Positions 15,503-28,255 of a DNA stretch of 64,000 nt are shown one piece after another (positions within the stretch are counted from its first letter, which is position 1; each line of letters opens with the position of its first letter). The stretch spans positions 12,648,001-12,712,000 of the forward strand of contig OX597836.1 in NCBI GenBank assembly GCA_951406725.2, read 5' to 3'. Under the pieces are notes generated by a model. It was not told the DNA's origin, did not search any database, and saw only the letters and a program-made list of their open reading frames with translations. The stretch comes from Octopus vulgaris. Lineage: Eukaryota. The position numbers were made by a program, and so were the translations under genes.

Positions 15503-15656
15503 GGATGCTTGACTAGTAAAGATAGCAGTGACTCATCTTCCCGCCAGTGATATATAGAAAAACAGTGCCAGAACAGGCGCTGGAGTTGCAATTAGCCAGT
15601 GAGCTTGTTAAAAAAAATATATGTTAGTGATAGACGCAGTATAAATATCAAAAGGA

Positions 15657-16325
15657 AATATTTATCTCCACTTAAACGTAGATGTTCTGTTAGAACAAGC
15701 TATACTGTGGTAGATGCCACGAGAGAAACTCTCATCTTCGCTTTTGGTGCAAAATGCATGCTTGATTATATCGATGGTAGGGAGATATATAAACAAGCAT
15801 GCATTTTGTGCCAAAAGCCAATATGAGAGTTTCTCTCATACTAACTACCACGATTGGCAACACAGGAGTAGCTGTGTGGTAAGTAGCTTGCTAACCAACC
15901 ACATGGTTCCGGGTTCAGTCCCACTGCGTGGCATCTTGGGCAAGTGTCTTCTGCTATAGCGCCGGGCCGACCAATGCCTTGTGAGTGGATTTGGTAGACG
16001 GAAACTGAAAGAAGCCTATCGTATATATGTATATATATATATATATGTGTGTGTGTATATGTTTGTGTGTCTGTGTTTGTCTCCCTAGCATTGCTTGACA
16101 ACCGATGCTGGTGTGTTTACGTCCCTGTCACTTAGCGGTTCGGCAAAAGAGACCGATAGAATAAGTACTGGGCTTACAAAGAAAAAGTCCCGGGGTCGAT
16201 TTGCTCGACTAAAGGCGGTGCTCCAGCATGGCCGCAGTCAAATGACTGAAACAAGTAAAAGAGTAAAAGAGTAAAGAGTATAGCTTGTTCTAATGGAACA
16301 TTCAGATTTGAGTGAGGATAAATAG
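15657..16325. mobile_element. Foldback (long inverted repeat) element split by a SINE
   Basis: Left arm 15657-15772 pairs with right arm 15783-15852 plus 16277-16325. A third arm copy lies at ~15305-15430. Confidence 0.75.
15857..16278 (+). mobile_element. Full-length family-1 SINE inserted in the foldback arm
   Basis: Head, CORE-like block and AAAAGAGT tail. Confidence 0.9.
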
Positions 16326-16354
16326 ATCTGAGAGGTCCTTGTTTTGCAAGCTTG

Positions 16355-17010
16355 AGGGTGCTGGTGCCACACAAAAAGCATCCATGCTGGTGCCATCAAT
16401 AAAGCACCCGTGGTAGTGTCACATATGAAGAACACATGCTATTGTCATGTATAAAGCACCCGTGGTGGTGCTACGTAAAAGGCACCCAGCACACTCTGTA
16501 AAGTGGTTGGCGTTAGGAAGGGCATCCAGCTGTAGAAACCATGATAAAACAGGCAATTGGAGCTTGGTGCAGCCCTCCAGCTTTTGTCAAATCATCCAAC
16601 CTATGCCAGCATAGAAAAAATGGACATTAAATGGCAATGATGATGATAAGAGGCACAGGAGTGGCTGTGTGGTAAGTAGCTTGCTTACCAACCACATGGT
16701 TCCGGGTTCATTCCCACTGCGTGGCACCTTGGGCAAGTGTCTTCTACTATAGCCTCGGGCCAACCAAAGCCTTGTGAGTGGATTTGGTAGACAGAAACTG
16801 AAAGAAGTTCATTGTGTGTGTGTGTGTTTGTACCCCACTACAGATTTGCAACCAGAGTTGGTTTGTTTACCTCCCCATAACAGTATTTTTGTGAGACAGA
16901 CCAACAGAATAAGCACCAGAAAATGAATACCAGGATTGATTCATTCAACTAAAATCCCTCAAGGTGTTGCCCCAGCATGGCCACAGTTCAATAACTGAAA
17001 CAGTGGAAAA
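16355..17010 (+). mobile_element. RTE-type 3' end (16355-16648) followed by a family-1 SINE (16652-17010)
   Basis: GGCGTTAGGAAGGGCATCCAGC ... GATGATGAT, then GGCACAGGAGTGGCTGTGTGG. Confidence 0.8.
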
Positions 17011-18337
17011 TAACCTAAAGACATTTTTTAGTTTTTTTCTCTATCTCATTTCCCTCCCACCTCTCTCTCTCTCTCACACGCACACACACACAAACCGACA
17101 CACAAACACGCATAAACACATACACACAAACACATGCACAAACACACACAGACATACACAAACACACAAATACAAACACAAACACACAAATACAAAAACA
17201 CACACATGCAAACACAAACACACAAACACACACAAACACGTACAAACACACACAAATACACAAACACACACAAACACAAACACACACATATACAAAGAGA
17301 AACACACATGCACACTCACACACACTCAAATCTAGCTTTTAAATCTGTGCTCGTAGCATGTATTTGAGCAAGTGTAAATCAGATGCAACGCTTAAGAAAT
17401 AGTGCTTATATTCCATTGTCCAAGACGGGTGTGTGTATGTGTGTGTAATTGTGTGTGAGTGTGTGTACAATTGTTTGTATCTGAATCCGTCTTTATCATA
17501 TTCTCTACACACACTCATAAAGGCATACACACACACACACACACACACACATACACACATATACACACACACACATACATATGTACACACATGTCTATCT
17601 TTTGGCATGAAAAATTGTGTGTGAGTATGTGTGAGTGTATTTGTGTGTGTATACATGTGTGTATATGAGTATATGTGTGTGTGTGTGTGTATCCATTTTT
17701 ATACTCTGCATACAGACACACACACACACATCCACATAAATATATACATATAATATAGATATAGACATGCATCTATATTATGCTCTGTGTGTATATATGT
17801 GTGTATGTGTGTGTAAGTGGATATATATATATATATATGTGTGTGTGTGTATGCATGTATATATGTATGTATGTATGTATGTATGTAAAGAAACATATAT
17901 ACACACACTGAGAAAGACACATATACACACACACAGAGTACCGTATCCATATATATATGCAGTATTCAAACACACATGCTTATGGCTTGTACCACACGCA
18001 TGTGCCTCCAGAGACTGAGTCAAATTGCTATGAAATGTTGTATGGTGACAATATGTCTGGTTAATAAACACAATGTTTGTACAGAGAGAGAGAAAGAGAG
18101 ACTGAAGGAGGGTGAGAGAGAGAGAGACAAAAAGATAGACAGGACGATGTGAGAGAGAGAAAAAAGGAGAGTGAAACAAGCAGAATGGTGAAAGAGGCGT
18201 GAGGTGGGCAATGTGATATGAAACAAGATATGGGATATAATAAGGAGGCGAGAGAGAGGTGGCTGGAAGGATGAAATCATAATTTTGCGCCAAAATATGA
18301 TAAATTGCTATGAACCAGCAAGCAGCATTTTTCATAG

Positions 18338-18412
18338 GTATCTTTCAGTTTGGGAGAGATCTCCTCTGGCTGTTGGCCTGGTGCTAATCTTCTCTGTCTT
18401 CTCTGTGTCAGG
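18338..18412 (+). CDS. Candidate internal coding exon with a transmembrane helix (R-YLSVWERSPLAVGLVLIFSVFSVS-G)
   Basis: Acceptor CATTTTTCATAG|, donor GG|GTTTGT, 75 nt. The phase-2 start joins exon 1146-1192 in frame (AG+G = Arg); hydrophobic run. Confidence 0.55.
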
Positions 18413-18428
18413 GTTTGTCTGTGTAGAC

Positions 18429-18735
18429 CAGGGATTCTCAACCAGGATCCATACAGCACTTGAGGGTCCATGTAGGGTTTTTGGAGGTCCACACAGCAAA
18501 CTAGTAAATTGTCTACAATAGTATTTTAAGGGACCCTGAAAAAATTTTGCCTTTAGGTTCCTTTGTCTAACATTTTACATAGGCCAAACTACACAAGAGA
18601 ATGTGTGATGAGCAAAATAGGGGTCTTGAAAGGAGTTTCTGTAAAACTAGTTTTTATACATCGAATGGCTATAGGGGTCCACCAGAATAAAATAGTAATC
18701 AAAGGGGATCCACACAAGCAAAGTAGCAAATTGGG
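18429..18735 (+). mobile_element. Partial hAT-like MITE
   Basis: Starts CAGGGATTCTCAACC (hAT-Charlie-like TIR) with repeated GGGTCC motifs; right TIR not found. Confidence 0.4.
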
Positions 18736-18737
18736 GA

Positions 18738-19055
18738 CCGAGACCTTTGGAAATATGCTGTGCTTCAGAAGACCCAGCAAGCCACATGAGACCATAACCT
18801 TGTGGCCTATGCCAGGGGTGTAACCAGCCCACTTATGTGTACCTTTCCTTCATTGGACATTAAACTCTGCTTGCGAAGACCTGTTGAGGCAAGTGAAATC
18901 GAAATCAAATTCAAAGACTGGCATCCATGCTAGTGGAGAGCTAAGAGCACCATAAGAGCATTTAGTTGCCAGAGCAGCTAACTGGCTTCTGTGCGGTGGT
19001 ACATAAAAAGCACCATTCGAGCGTGATCGTTACCTGCGTTACCTTACTGGCACCA
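18738..19055 (+). mobile_element. RTE LINE fragment (ORF end and proximal 3' UTR)
   Basis: Encodes RDLWKYAVLQKTQ, matching the end of the 29141-29485 ORF remnant; homologous to ~49080-49250. Confidence 0.75.
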
Positions 19056-19911
19056 TGAACTCACGTAATTTGTCAAAACTTACATAGGCATGCAGGTACA
19101 TACATACACACACACTCACACACACACATATATATATATATGTATGATGGGCTTCTTTCAGTTTCCGTCTACCAAATCCACTCACAAAGCTTTGGTTGGC
19201 CCAAGGCTATAGTAGAAGACACTTGCCCAAGGTGCCATGCAGTGGGACTGAACCCGGAACCATGTGGTTGGTAAACAAGCTACTTACCACACATACATAC
19301 ATACCTACCTACCTACCTACATACATACATACATACATACACACACGCATAATGATTATGGTGCTTAAATATATTTCATTTTTAGTCGAAGAATATAAAT
19401 GTATTTTGTTTGCGTTTGTAATTACATCTTCCTCATTAATAATAAACAGAAATTACAATATTCTAAAAATTTTCAGAAAAGTTAATCAGTGCAGAACTCA
19501 ATAATGCCTTCGTTATTGAATAGACATTATTTTACCACTTTGATTATTTGTGGAAACGAATCCAAGCTGTTATTACAATAGATTCATGTTCGTTATCGCT
19601 TTAATTAATTTATGTAAACACATGAATTATAGATATGGGTATGGTTGCATGGTTAAGAAGCTCACTTTGTAACTCTGTGATGTCAGTGTTCAATCCCACT
19701 GCATGGCACCTTGGGCAAGTTTCTTCTATTATAATGCCAGCAAGTGAATTTGATTGACAGTAATCAAACGTAACGGCAGACGAAATACAGCCACACATTT
19801 GCTGTGCCATTTCTGCCAGACACACATACATTATTTCTGTATTGAGTCTTTTCTTGTTTGTAAATTCGAACATACACACACAATATATTATATGTGTGTG
19901 TGTGTGTGTGT

Positions 19912-20144
<233 letters not shown>

Positions 20145-20232
20145 TGTATAGTATATTTAGTATGTGACCTCGTCTGTATCACTAGCGATTTTTTTCCCTG
20201 TCTTCCCTTCTCAGGATCTTTCCTTCTCCTAT

Positions 20233-20266
20233 GTTTCCGACGAAGAGCCCGCTCGAAACGTCACAC
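20233..20266 (+). ncRNA. Minimal type-I hammerhead, CCGACGA core variant, in a TA-embedded PLE-like unit (~20142-20365)
   Basis: GUUU-CCGACGA-A-GAGC-cc-GCUC-GAAAC-GUC-ACAC; sister copy at 44105-44139. Confidence 0.65.
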
Positions 20267-20379
20267 CCTCCTTCTTCCCTGAGCGTCCAATAATACTTTA
20301 TTTGTTCCACGTCCTCGCGATGTTGTTTTTTTTGTTTTTGTTTTCTTGTTTGGATTAACTTTATTTATATATATATATA

Positions 20380-20778
20380 CTAGCAGCTAAAGCCTGGTTT
20401 CACCCGGTCTGTTTGGATGATGTGGCTGTGATCGTTTTCGGTTGGTCATAATCTATAACAGCGTTTGTCAACCTTATCATTTCGGGTCCCCTGTTTCAAT
20501 TGGAGCCTCCAGCTATATGAAAATTTCCTGACCCCACCCCATCAGAAAACAGGTTCTAAGCAACTGGTTGTTTTAATGGCAGAAGAAAGAGGGAAATTCC
20601 ATTAGAAAACGTTTTAATCGATTTTCTCGGTAAGTATGGGGGCTAGGAAAAACTACAAACTGCATTCCAATCTGTGCACCTGACTCCACATGTGTGCCAT
20701 TTTTCATGCGAATCCACCCAGCCGTTTGGGTGTGAACCGCAAGACAAGAAAGAATAAAACGATCAACCATGTCAAATT

Positions 20779-20790
<12 letters not shown>
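20380..20790 (-). mobile_element. Non-autonomous Helitron-like element
   Basis: Minus strand ends in a GC hairpin (CCGGGTGAAACCAGG) and CTAG|T; the 5' end is lost in (TA)n. Confidence 0.65.
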
Positions 20791-20828
<38 letters not shown>

Positions 20829-20855
20829 AAATAAGCAACAAGAATGACTCCGGTA

Positions 20856-20945
20856 ATTTGGTACGATCGTTTCGTACTACATTATTTTATTAAATGTTGT
20901 AAGTATTACAACAGATTTAAGATGCTGAGTACTCATCAGCCAATT
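20856..20945 (-). ncRNA. Type-I hammerhead with canonical core and extended helix II
   Basis: Minus strand: UUGG-CUGAUGA-GUACU-[long insert containing hairpin]-AGUAC-GAAAC-GAUC-GUA-CCAA. Palindromic helix III (ACGAUCGU); GUA cleavage triplet. Confidence 0.85.
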
Positions 20946-21154
20946 ATAGAGGTTTTCCATTAATACAAAAAATTTTCAAATCATGTGGCAACATTATAGA
21001 GAAGGTAGATATATAGACAAAGATGTAGATTTAAATTTTAAGAACATATGAGGTAGTGAAGTCCTTCCACTGACTGACTAAGATATGGCTGTTCCATAGA
21101 AGTAATAAAGATTTTTTAATTGTAGAAATAGGGTAAAGGAGATTTCAGAACATA

Positions 21155-21549
21155 TCTTTATATATAAAAGTGAGGTTGTGTGCTGTCTGTCTCTTACGAT
21201 TTAGATTCCTAACTACTCCCACATTTTGCGGTGCAGTTTAACCAAAAGCGGGTATCTTATAGTCGTGATTCATATCGAGCCCTTCTGGGTATTAGCGCGT
21301 GTCAACGATGAGTCTACGATTTAAAAAAAAATTTACCACCAATTTTTCCCATTTTTAATGCATTTTTGGCATATATAAGGGAAGTAACTCTCTAAAAATT
21401 TATTATTAAATCTCAGAACGTAAAAAGCTACAATAACACCCCCCTTTATGGTTAGCCATATTGAGATGGCTATTATACTTTACATCTCTAAAAATGCTTA
21501 GATAGTTATTTCCCTTACAAACCCGCGCAACGCCGGGCGATACTGCTAG
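21155..21549 (+). mobile_element. Non-autonomous Helitron
   Basis: A|TCTTTATATATAAAAG start, subterminal hairpin CCCGCGCAACGCCGGG, CTAG|T end, no TSD. Inverted sister at 39575-39970. Confidence 0.9.
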
Positions 21550-21876
21550 TATATATATATATATATATATGTACATACTTACACATACACGTGTATTTAC
21601 ATGAATGTGCACACAATCTAAGATCATGTACAAAAGAGAGGAAGGAAGGAAGAGGAAAAAATACACTCGATTTGGAGCACTGCAAACTTTTAATGGTTAA
21701 AACAGACGACAGGAAAATGGCCCGGATGTAATTTGTGTTTCGTATGTTTATTAATAAAATTTGTCTCTTCTAAACAACATGAATGTAATGAAATTAACTC
21801 AGTTTACTGTTCTTATTTTTGATATACAGCTTGTTATTGTTATCATCATCATCTTTATTATTATCATCATAAAAAT

Positions 21877-23240
21877 GGTAGTGAGCTGGCAGAACCGTTA
21901 GCACACCAGGCAAAATGCTGAGCAGTATTTCGTCTGCCGTTACGTTCTGAGTTCAAATTCCGCCGAGGTCAACTTTGCCTTTCATCCTTTCGGGGTCGAT
22001 TAAATAAGTACCAGCTACACACTGCGGGTCGATGTAATCGACTTAATCCATTTGTCTGCCCTTGTTTGTCCTCTCTGTGTTTAGCCCCTTGTGGGCAATA
22101 AAGAAATATATTTATTTTAGGCGGCGAGCTGGCAGAAACGTTAGCACACCGGGCGAAATGCTGAGCAGTATTTCGTCTGCCGTTACGTTCTGAGTTCAAA
22201 TTCCGCCGAGGTCGACTTTGCCTTTCATCCTTTCGGGGTCGATTAAATAAGTACCAGCTACACACTGCGGGTCGATGTAATCGACTTAATCCATTTGTCT
22301 GCCCTTGTTTGTCCCTTCTGTGTTTAGCCCCTTGTGGGTAGTAAAGAAATAATTTGTCTGTCTTTACGTTCTGAGTTCAAATTCCGCCGAGGTCGACTTT
22401 GCCTTTCATCCTTTCGGTCGATTAAATAAGTACCAGCTACACACTGGGGTTCGATGTAATCGACTTAATCCATTTGTCTGCCCTTGTTTGTCCCTTCTGT
22501 GTTTAGCCCTTGTGGGTAGTAAAGAAATAATTTGTCTGTCTTTACGTTCTGCGTTCAAATTCCGCCGAGGTCGACTTTGCCTTTCATCCTTTCGGGGTCG
22601 ATTAAATAAGTACCAGCTACACACTGCGGGTCGATGTAATCGACTTAATCCATTTGTCTGCCCTTGTTTGTCCCTTCTGTGTTTAGCCCCTTGTGGGTAA
22701 TAAAGAAATAATTTGTCTGTCTTTACGTTCTGCGTTCAAATTCCGCCGAGGTCGACTTTGCCTTTCATCCTTTCGGGGTCGATTAAATAAGTACCAGCTA
22801 CACACTGCGGGTCGATGTAATCGACTTAATCCATTTGTCTGCCCTTGTTTGTCCCTTCTGTGTTTAGCCCCTTGTGGGTAGTAAAGAAATAATTTGTCTG
22901 TCTTTACGTTCTGAGTTCAAATTCCGCCGAGGTCGACTTTGCCTTTCATCCTTTCGGGGTCGATTAAATAAGTACCAGCTACACACTGCGGGTCGATGTA
23001 ATCGACTTAATCCATTTGTCTGCCCTTGTTTGTCCCTTCTGTGTTTAGCCCCTTGTGGGTAGTAAAGAAATAATTTGTCTGTCTTTACGTTCTGAGTTCA
23101 AATTCCGCCGAGGTCGACTTTGCCTTTCATCCTTTCAGGGTCACTAAATTACGTACCAGTTGCATACTGGGGTCGATCTAATCGACTGGCCCTCCCCCTC
23201 CCCAAATATTTCAGGCATTCAGCCTAGAATAGAAAAGATT
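21877..23240 (+). mobile_element. Tandem array of tRNA-derived family-2 SINE (Meta/MESC-like body): 2 headed copies, 4 headless ~181-bp units, and a last unit with a different tail
   Basis: GAGCTGGCAGAA A box, GAGTTCAAATTCC B box, GCCTTTCATCCTTTCGGGGTCGAT body. Units restart at ~22351, 22529, 22710, 22891 and 23072. Confidence 0.9.
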
Positions 23241-23722
23241 ATTATCATAATCATTATTTTCATTATCATTATTACTATTATTATCATTATCATCATCATC
23301 ATCATTATCATTATTACTATTATTATCATCATCATTATTATTATTATTATTACTATTATTATCATTATCATCATCATCATAATCATTATTATTATCATTA
23401 CTATTATCATTATTATTATTACTATTATTATCATCATCATCATCATTATTATTATTACTATTATTATCATTATCATCATAATCATTATTATTACTATTAT
23501 CATTATTATTATTACTATTATTATCATCATCATCATCACTATTATTATTATTATTACTATTATTATCATTATCATCATCATCATAATAATCATCATCATA
23601 ATCATTATTATTATCATTACTATTATCATTATTATTATTATTACTATTATTACTATTATCAACATCATCATTATTATTGTTGTTGTTGCTGTTGTTATTT
23701 CTCCTAGCAGCAGCAGCAGCAG
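23240..23722. repeat. Compound (ATT/ATC/ACT)n trinucleotide tract extending the SINE tail
   Basis: Directly visible; source of the poly-I/N/D pseudo-ORFs. Confidence 0.95.
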
Positions 23723-24700
23723 CAAAATCAAGTGACTCGATGGATTTTATTGTTAATTCTATTTTAAATATTAGTTTTCCTTTCAATTAATTCATTACGG
23801 TTTTATTTCAATCACATTTCCTTCTTGCAGGAAAAGCTGTGTCTTCCTCTTTTCCTCCTCTCCGTCTCTTCCACAAAGAAGCAACTGTTTCAACAAGAAG
23901 GAAAGCAAAATTGCAAAGACGTTTCTCTGTCTCAAAAAGATTTCCACCCCCCCACCCCTAACTCTCTCTCTCTTCTTTCCATCTACCTCTTTCTCCATCT
24001 CTCTCTCTGTCTGTCTGTCTCTCTCACTCTCACTCACACAATCTCCTCCTCTCTTTGTACATATGTATCTCTCAATCTCTCTATCTCCCTCTCTCTCTCA
24101 ATCCTCTCTCTCTCTCTCTCCCTCTCTCTCCCTCTCTATCTCCCTCTCTCTCCCTCTCTCCCCCTCTCTCCCTCACTCTCTCACTCTCTCTCCCTCTTTC
24201 TCCCTCTCCCTCTCTGTCTCTCACCTCTCCCTCTCCCTCTCTTTCCCTCCCCCTCTCACTCACACAATCTCCTCCTCTCTTTGTACATATGTATCTCTCA
24301 ATCTCTGTCTCCCTCTCCCTCTCTTTCTCTCTCTCTCCCCCCCTCTCTCACTTTTGAACGTATCATCAAACAGAGAAACTACCGTTATAGCCGCCATGTT
24401 GATATTTAAACCAACAAAATTTTATTGATTTTACTGAATTAGCTATTTTTAACTCTATAAATTAATTTTAGAATATAAAAAAAAATAATAATTTTTAGTG
24501 CGTATTTATGCGATTCTTTTTAGAATTTCAGAATTATTTTTGAATTTAGTCCATGGACCGTTTCATAATTGTATGCATTGTTTCTTTATTACCAATTGAT
24601 TCAGTTTTCATCGTAGAACTACGAGTTTTTTTTTTCTTTTTCAGAAGAAAATTGCAACATTATTTATTATTACTGTCTTTATTATTACTATCATTAATAA

Positions 24701-24932
24701 GGTGGCAAGCTGGCAGAATCGTTAGCAGGCCAGGCAAAACGCTTTGCGGAATTTTTTTGTCTTAGCGTTCCCGAGTTCAAATTCCACTGAGGTCGACTTT
24801 GCTTTTCATCCTTTTGGGATCAATAAAGTACCAGTTGAGTACTGCGGTTAATGTAATTGACTTATCCCCTCCCCCAAAATTTACTGGCCTTGTACCAAAA
24901 TTTGAAACCATTATTATTATTATTATTATTAT
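24701..24932 (+). mobile_element. Family-2 SINE with tail B ending in (ATT)n
   Basis: Same head and body as 22120; tail CCCCAAAATTTACTGGCCTTGTACCAAAATTTGAAACC(ATT)n. Confidence 0.8.
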
Positions 24933-25034
24933 TAAGACCAGTAAATTACTGATGTGTATGTAATCAACCATCTTCTATTCTCCTGAAATTTTTGGGCTTA
25001 TGCCAAATTTTGAAAATTATTATTATTATTATTG

Positions 25035-25590
25035 ATTGAGAGAGCAGTACATAGCATCAAAGTGACACTGGGGTAAAATATATGAAGCCCAGTATACCTA
25101 TTATGACTACCCGTCTGATAAGGGTACACCAGGCACATGCATCACAACCATATGTGCGTGACATGGTGGTCTCATATCAAGATAAACAGCACATGACCTT
25201 GCAGGTGGGGCCCACTTAGAATTTTCCTCAGGTCCAGTGGCCCATTCCGCTCAAACAGTCCTCGAATAAGGGTTGTTTAAGGATGTTGAATGAAATACCC
25301 ATGTTTCCAGATGGGAATTATCCAAACCCAAACAATCCCTCTCAACACATGGCTATGCTGCTACCCCACTACTTCTGCTCGTGATCAGAGATGCACATAT
25401 CGTCAGCCACTAAGGGACATGCTCAACTGGTTACGGTCAAACAACTGACAAGCAAATCTAAGGTGTTGAGCAGAATATTTGCTGTAGCCCATCTTTTATA
25501 CCAAGACAAAACAATGTACATGATAACAATTCCAATCAGTTAAGATCAGAAGCCATGAGAGCCACTGCCTGGTTCTGCATCAGGGCCTTT
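25035..25590. mobile_element. Unclassified ~555-bp insertion within (ATT)n
   Basis: GC-richer block with sharp edges and TTATTATT on both sides; no TIR or ORF seen. Confidence 0.45.
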
Positions 25591-25784
25591 ATTATTATTA
25601 TTATGGGTGCACATGCCTTAGTGGTTGGGATGAATTAAAAATCAGTATTTAGTGATGGAAGCAGTATTAGTTCGAAATAGCAATCTTTGTATCATACTTC
25701 AAGTAGACATATTGTTGAAAGCCTGCTAAAGTGTGGTATTTGTCTTCAGAATTCATCTCATCCATCATCTGGGAGATTCAGCAT

Positions 25785-25968
25785 GACACAGAACGTGACA
25801 AGGCTGGCCCCTTTTGAATGACAGGTACAATGCATTTATGCCAGCTGAGTGAACTGGAGCAATGAGAAATAAAGTTTCTTGCTCAAGGCCACAATGCACC
25901 ACTGTATTTTGAACTCATGGCCTTACAATTGTGGGCCGAAAACCCTAACCACTAAGCCGTGAACCTTC
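25785..25968 (-). mobile_element. tRNA-derived SINE family 3
   Basis: Minus strand: GGCTTAGTGGTTAGGG ... GAGTTCAA ... CCTTGAGCAAG ... CACTCAGCTG. Relatives at 47900-48142, ~60980-61150 and ~61690-61890. Confidence 0.7.
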
Positions 25969-26750
25969 AAATAAATATTACATTTGACAGAATAATTTGA
26001 CTGCTTAAGGGTTAGAGTAGACATAGTTGCTATTTCTAGCAAATCCAGCGACCAGTTCTGAGAAAGGCTTCCCTTTTATTAGTTCACTGTGACATGGAGT
26101 TATCTGCCCTTGGTATTGAAGTTTTTTTTAAACAATCAGCGAATTGCCTCGAAGTATTTTTCTTTTAAATTTTAATGTAACGTGAAAATATATTGATGAT
26201 AGGGAAAGAAAAAGGAAAAGAAATACGAGAAGGAATGATTATTGTTGGGAAGGATTTAGAAATTAATAACTGACTAAAGAATTCAATTCTTTTTTTTTTT
26301 TTTTTTATGTTATTTGCATTTGAACGTTGATAGGTTTCGACAAAAATATCATTTAAAAAACTGATTGATACTTGATAGATCGATATTGATAATCATTGTG
26401 AGAAAACATATACACACACACATGTATATACATATATATATATGTATACAAATATACAAATACACACACACATATATATATATACATACACACACACACA
26501 CATATATATATACATACACACACACATATATATACATACACACACACACACATATATATACATACACACACACACACACACATATATATATATGTATACA
26601 AATACACCCACACATATATATACATACACACACACACATATATATGTATACAAATACACTCACACACACACACATATATATATATATACATACACACATA
26701 TATATGTATACAAATACACCCAGACACATATATATATATATATATACATG

Positions 26751-26781
<31 letters not shown>

Positions 26782-27040
26782 GCATACAAATACACTCACA
26801 CATATGTATACATACACACACTTATACATACACATAGCCATACATATATATATATATATATATACACACACACCCACACACATATATATATATATATACA
26901 TACACACATATTGTGTATTCATTTCATTGTGTATTCAAAAACAAAGCTCACATTTAAAGAGTTCAAAAATAAGCAAATTATTTTTTATCAAGTCAATAAT
27001 TATTAAGAATATTTTTCTTCTAACAAACACAGACACACAT

Positions 27041-27082
<42 letters not shown>

Positions 27083-27534
27083 CATATATGTGTGTGTATC
27101 AGATGGGAACTTTGTAATTTCACATTTCGATTTTCATTTCCATTTTTCTCGACACCCATAACACATCTGATATCAATCTAATCATCCACATCTGCACAGA
27201 TGTCAGGCAGAACAGATAACGAATTTCTAACAAGAAATTATTTTGCTTTAAAAAATATAATTTCTTTGCAGAGTTCCAATATACACACACACACACCTGT
27301 ATTTACACTAATCAGTCATGCTTTATCGATTTCATGCAACCATTTATTTGTACAGATATATATTTGTATATATATATATATATATGTATATGTATATATA
27401 TATCATGTGATCACGTGACCGACCAGGCAATCAGATATATACATACACACACACACACACATATATATATACATACACACACACACACACATATATATAT
27501 ACATACACACACACACACACACATATATATACAT

Positions 27535-27568
<34 letters not shown>

Positions 27569-27671
27569 GTATACAAATACACCCACACATATACAGTCCA
27601 GTGGCACTGGCAACGACCTCGCTCAAATGTTTTTTCACATGCCACCAGCACAAGTGCTAGTAAGGTGACAC

Positions 27672-27710
<39 letters not shown>

Positions 27711-28045
27711 TATATTATAATATATTATATTATATTATATTATATTTGAGATTGTACACACATACACACATCAAAAAACGATGTTGATGTCAAACCTTTG
27801 ACCAACAAGATTTTCAAATTGCCAGACAGTTGAAATGCCAGATTTCCCGAAAAGTCAAATCATCTCTTAAAAAATAAATGCATATCTCTAAAACATGTAT
27901 TGAGTTCTTTCAATCAGTTTTTTTTTATCTTTACAGTTGTTGTCACAGCTTTGGAAATCTTAAAATTATGTCAAAATGTTCAGTTTTCACCTAACTGACA
28001 AGGCTTTGGTCAGCCCAAGGCTATAGTAGACATACATGTATGTAT

Positions 28046-28255
28046 ATAAGGTGAGTATATAGGGATAAATTATTCAGATGGATACTGTAACAGTTCTCAG
28101 GTATATTCCAGGTTCTGGCTGACAACACTAAATAGAAACACATGTCAGTGGTTTTAATTAACTGATTATGCTGTGTAATTAACTGTTAAATTAAAGAAAA
28201 ATTTGAAGATGTACCAGTCTCTGTATTCTTTGTAATTGTTTTGTGTGTGCAAATA
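28046..28255 (+). repeat. TA-embedded ~210-bp repeat, near-identical to 33705-33915
   Basis: Two copies differing by a few bases, both bounded by TA-rich sequence. Confidence 0.85.

Noticed and set aside
22351-23072. tRNA gene cluster or retrozyme array
   Set aside because: Only a B-box remnant is present, no cloverleaf or hammerhead core was found, and the units are SINE bodies.
23831-23950. Strong acceptor TTCCTTCTTGCAG followed by open frames
   Set aside because: No donor found before the (CT)n tract and the peptide is uninformative.
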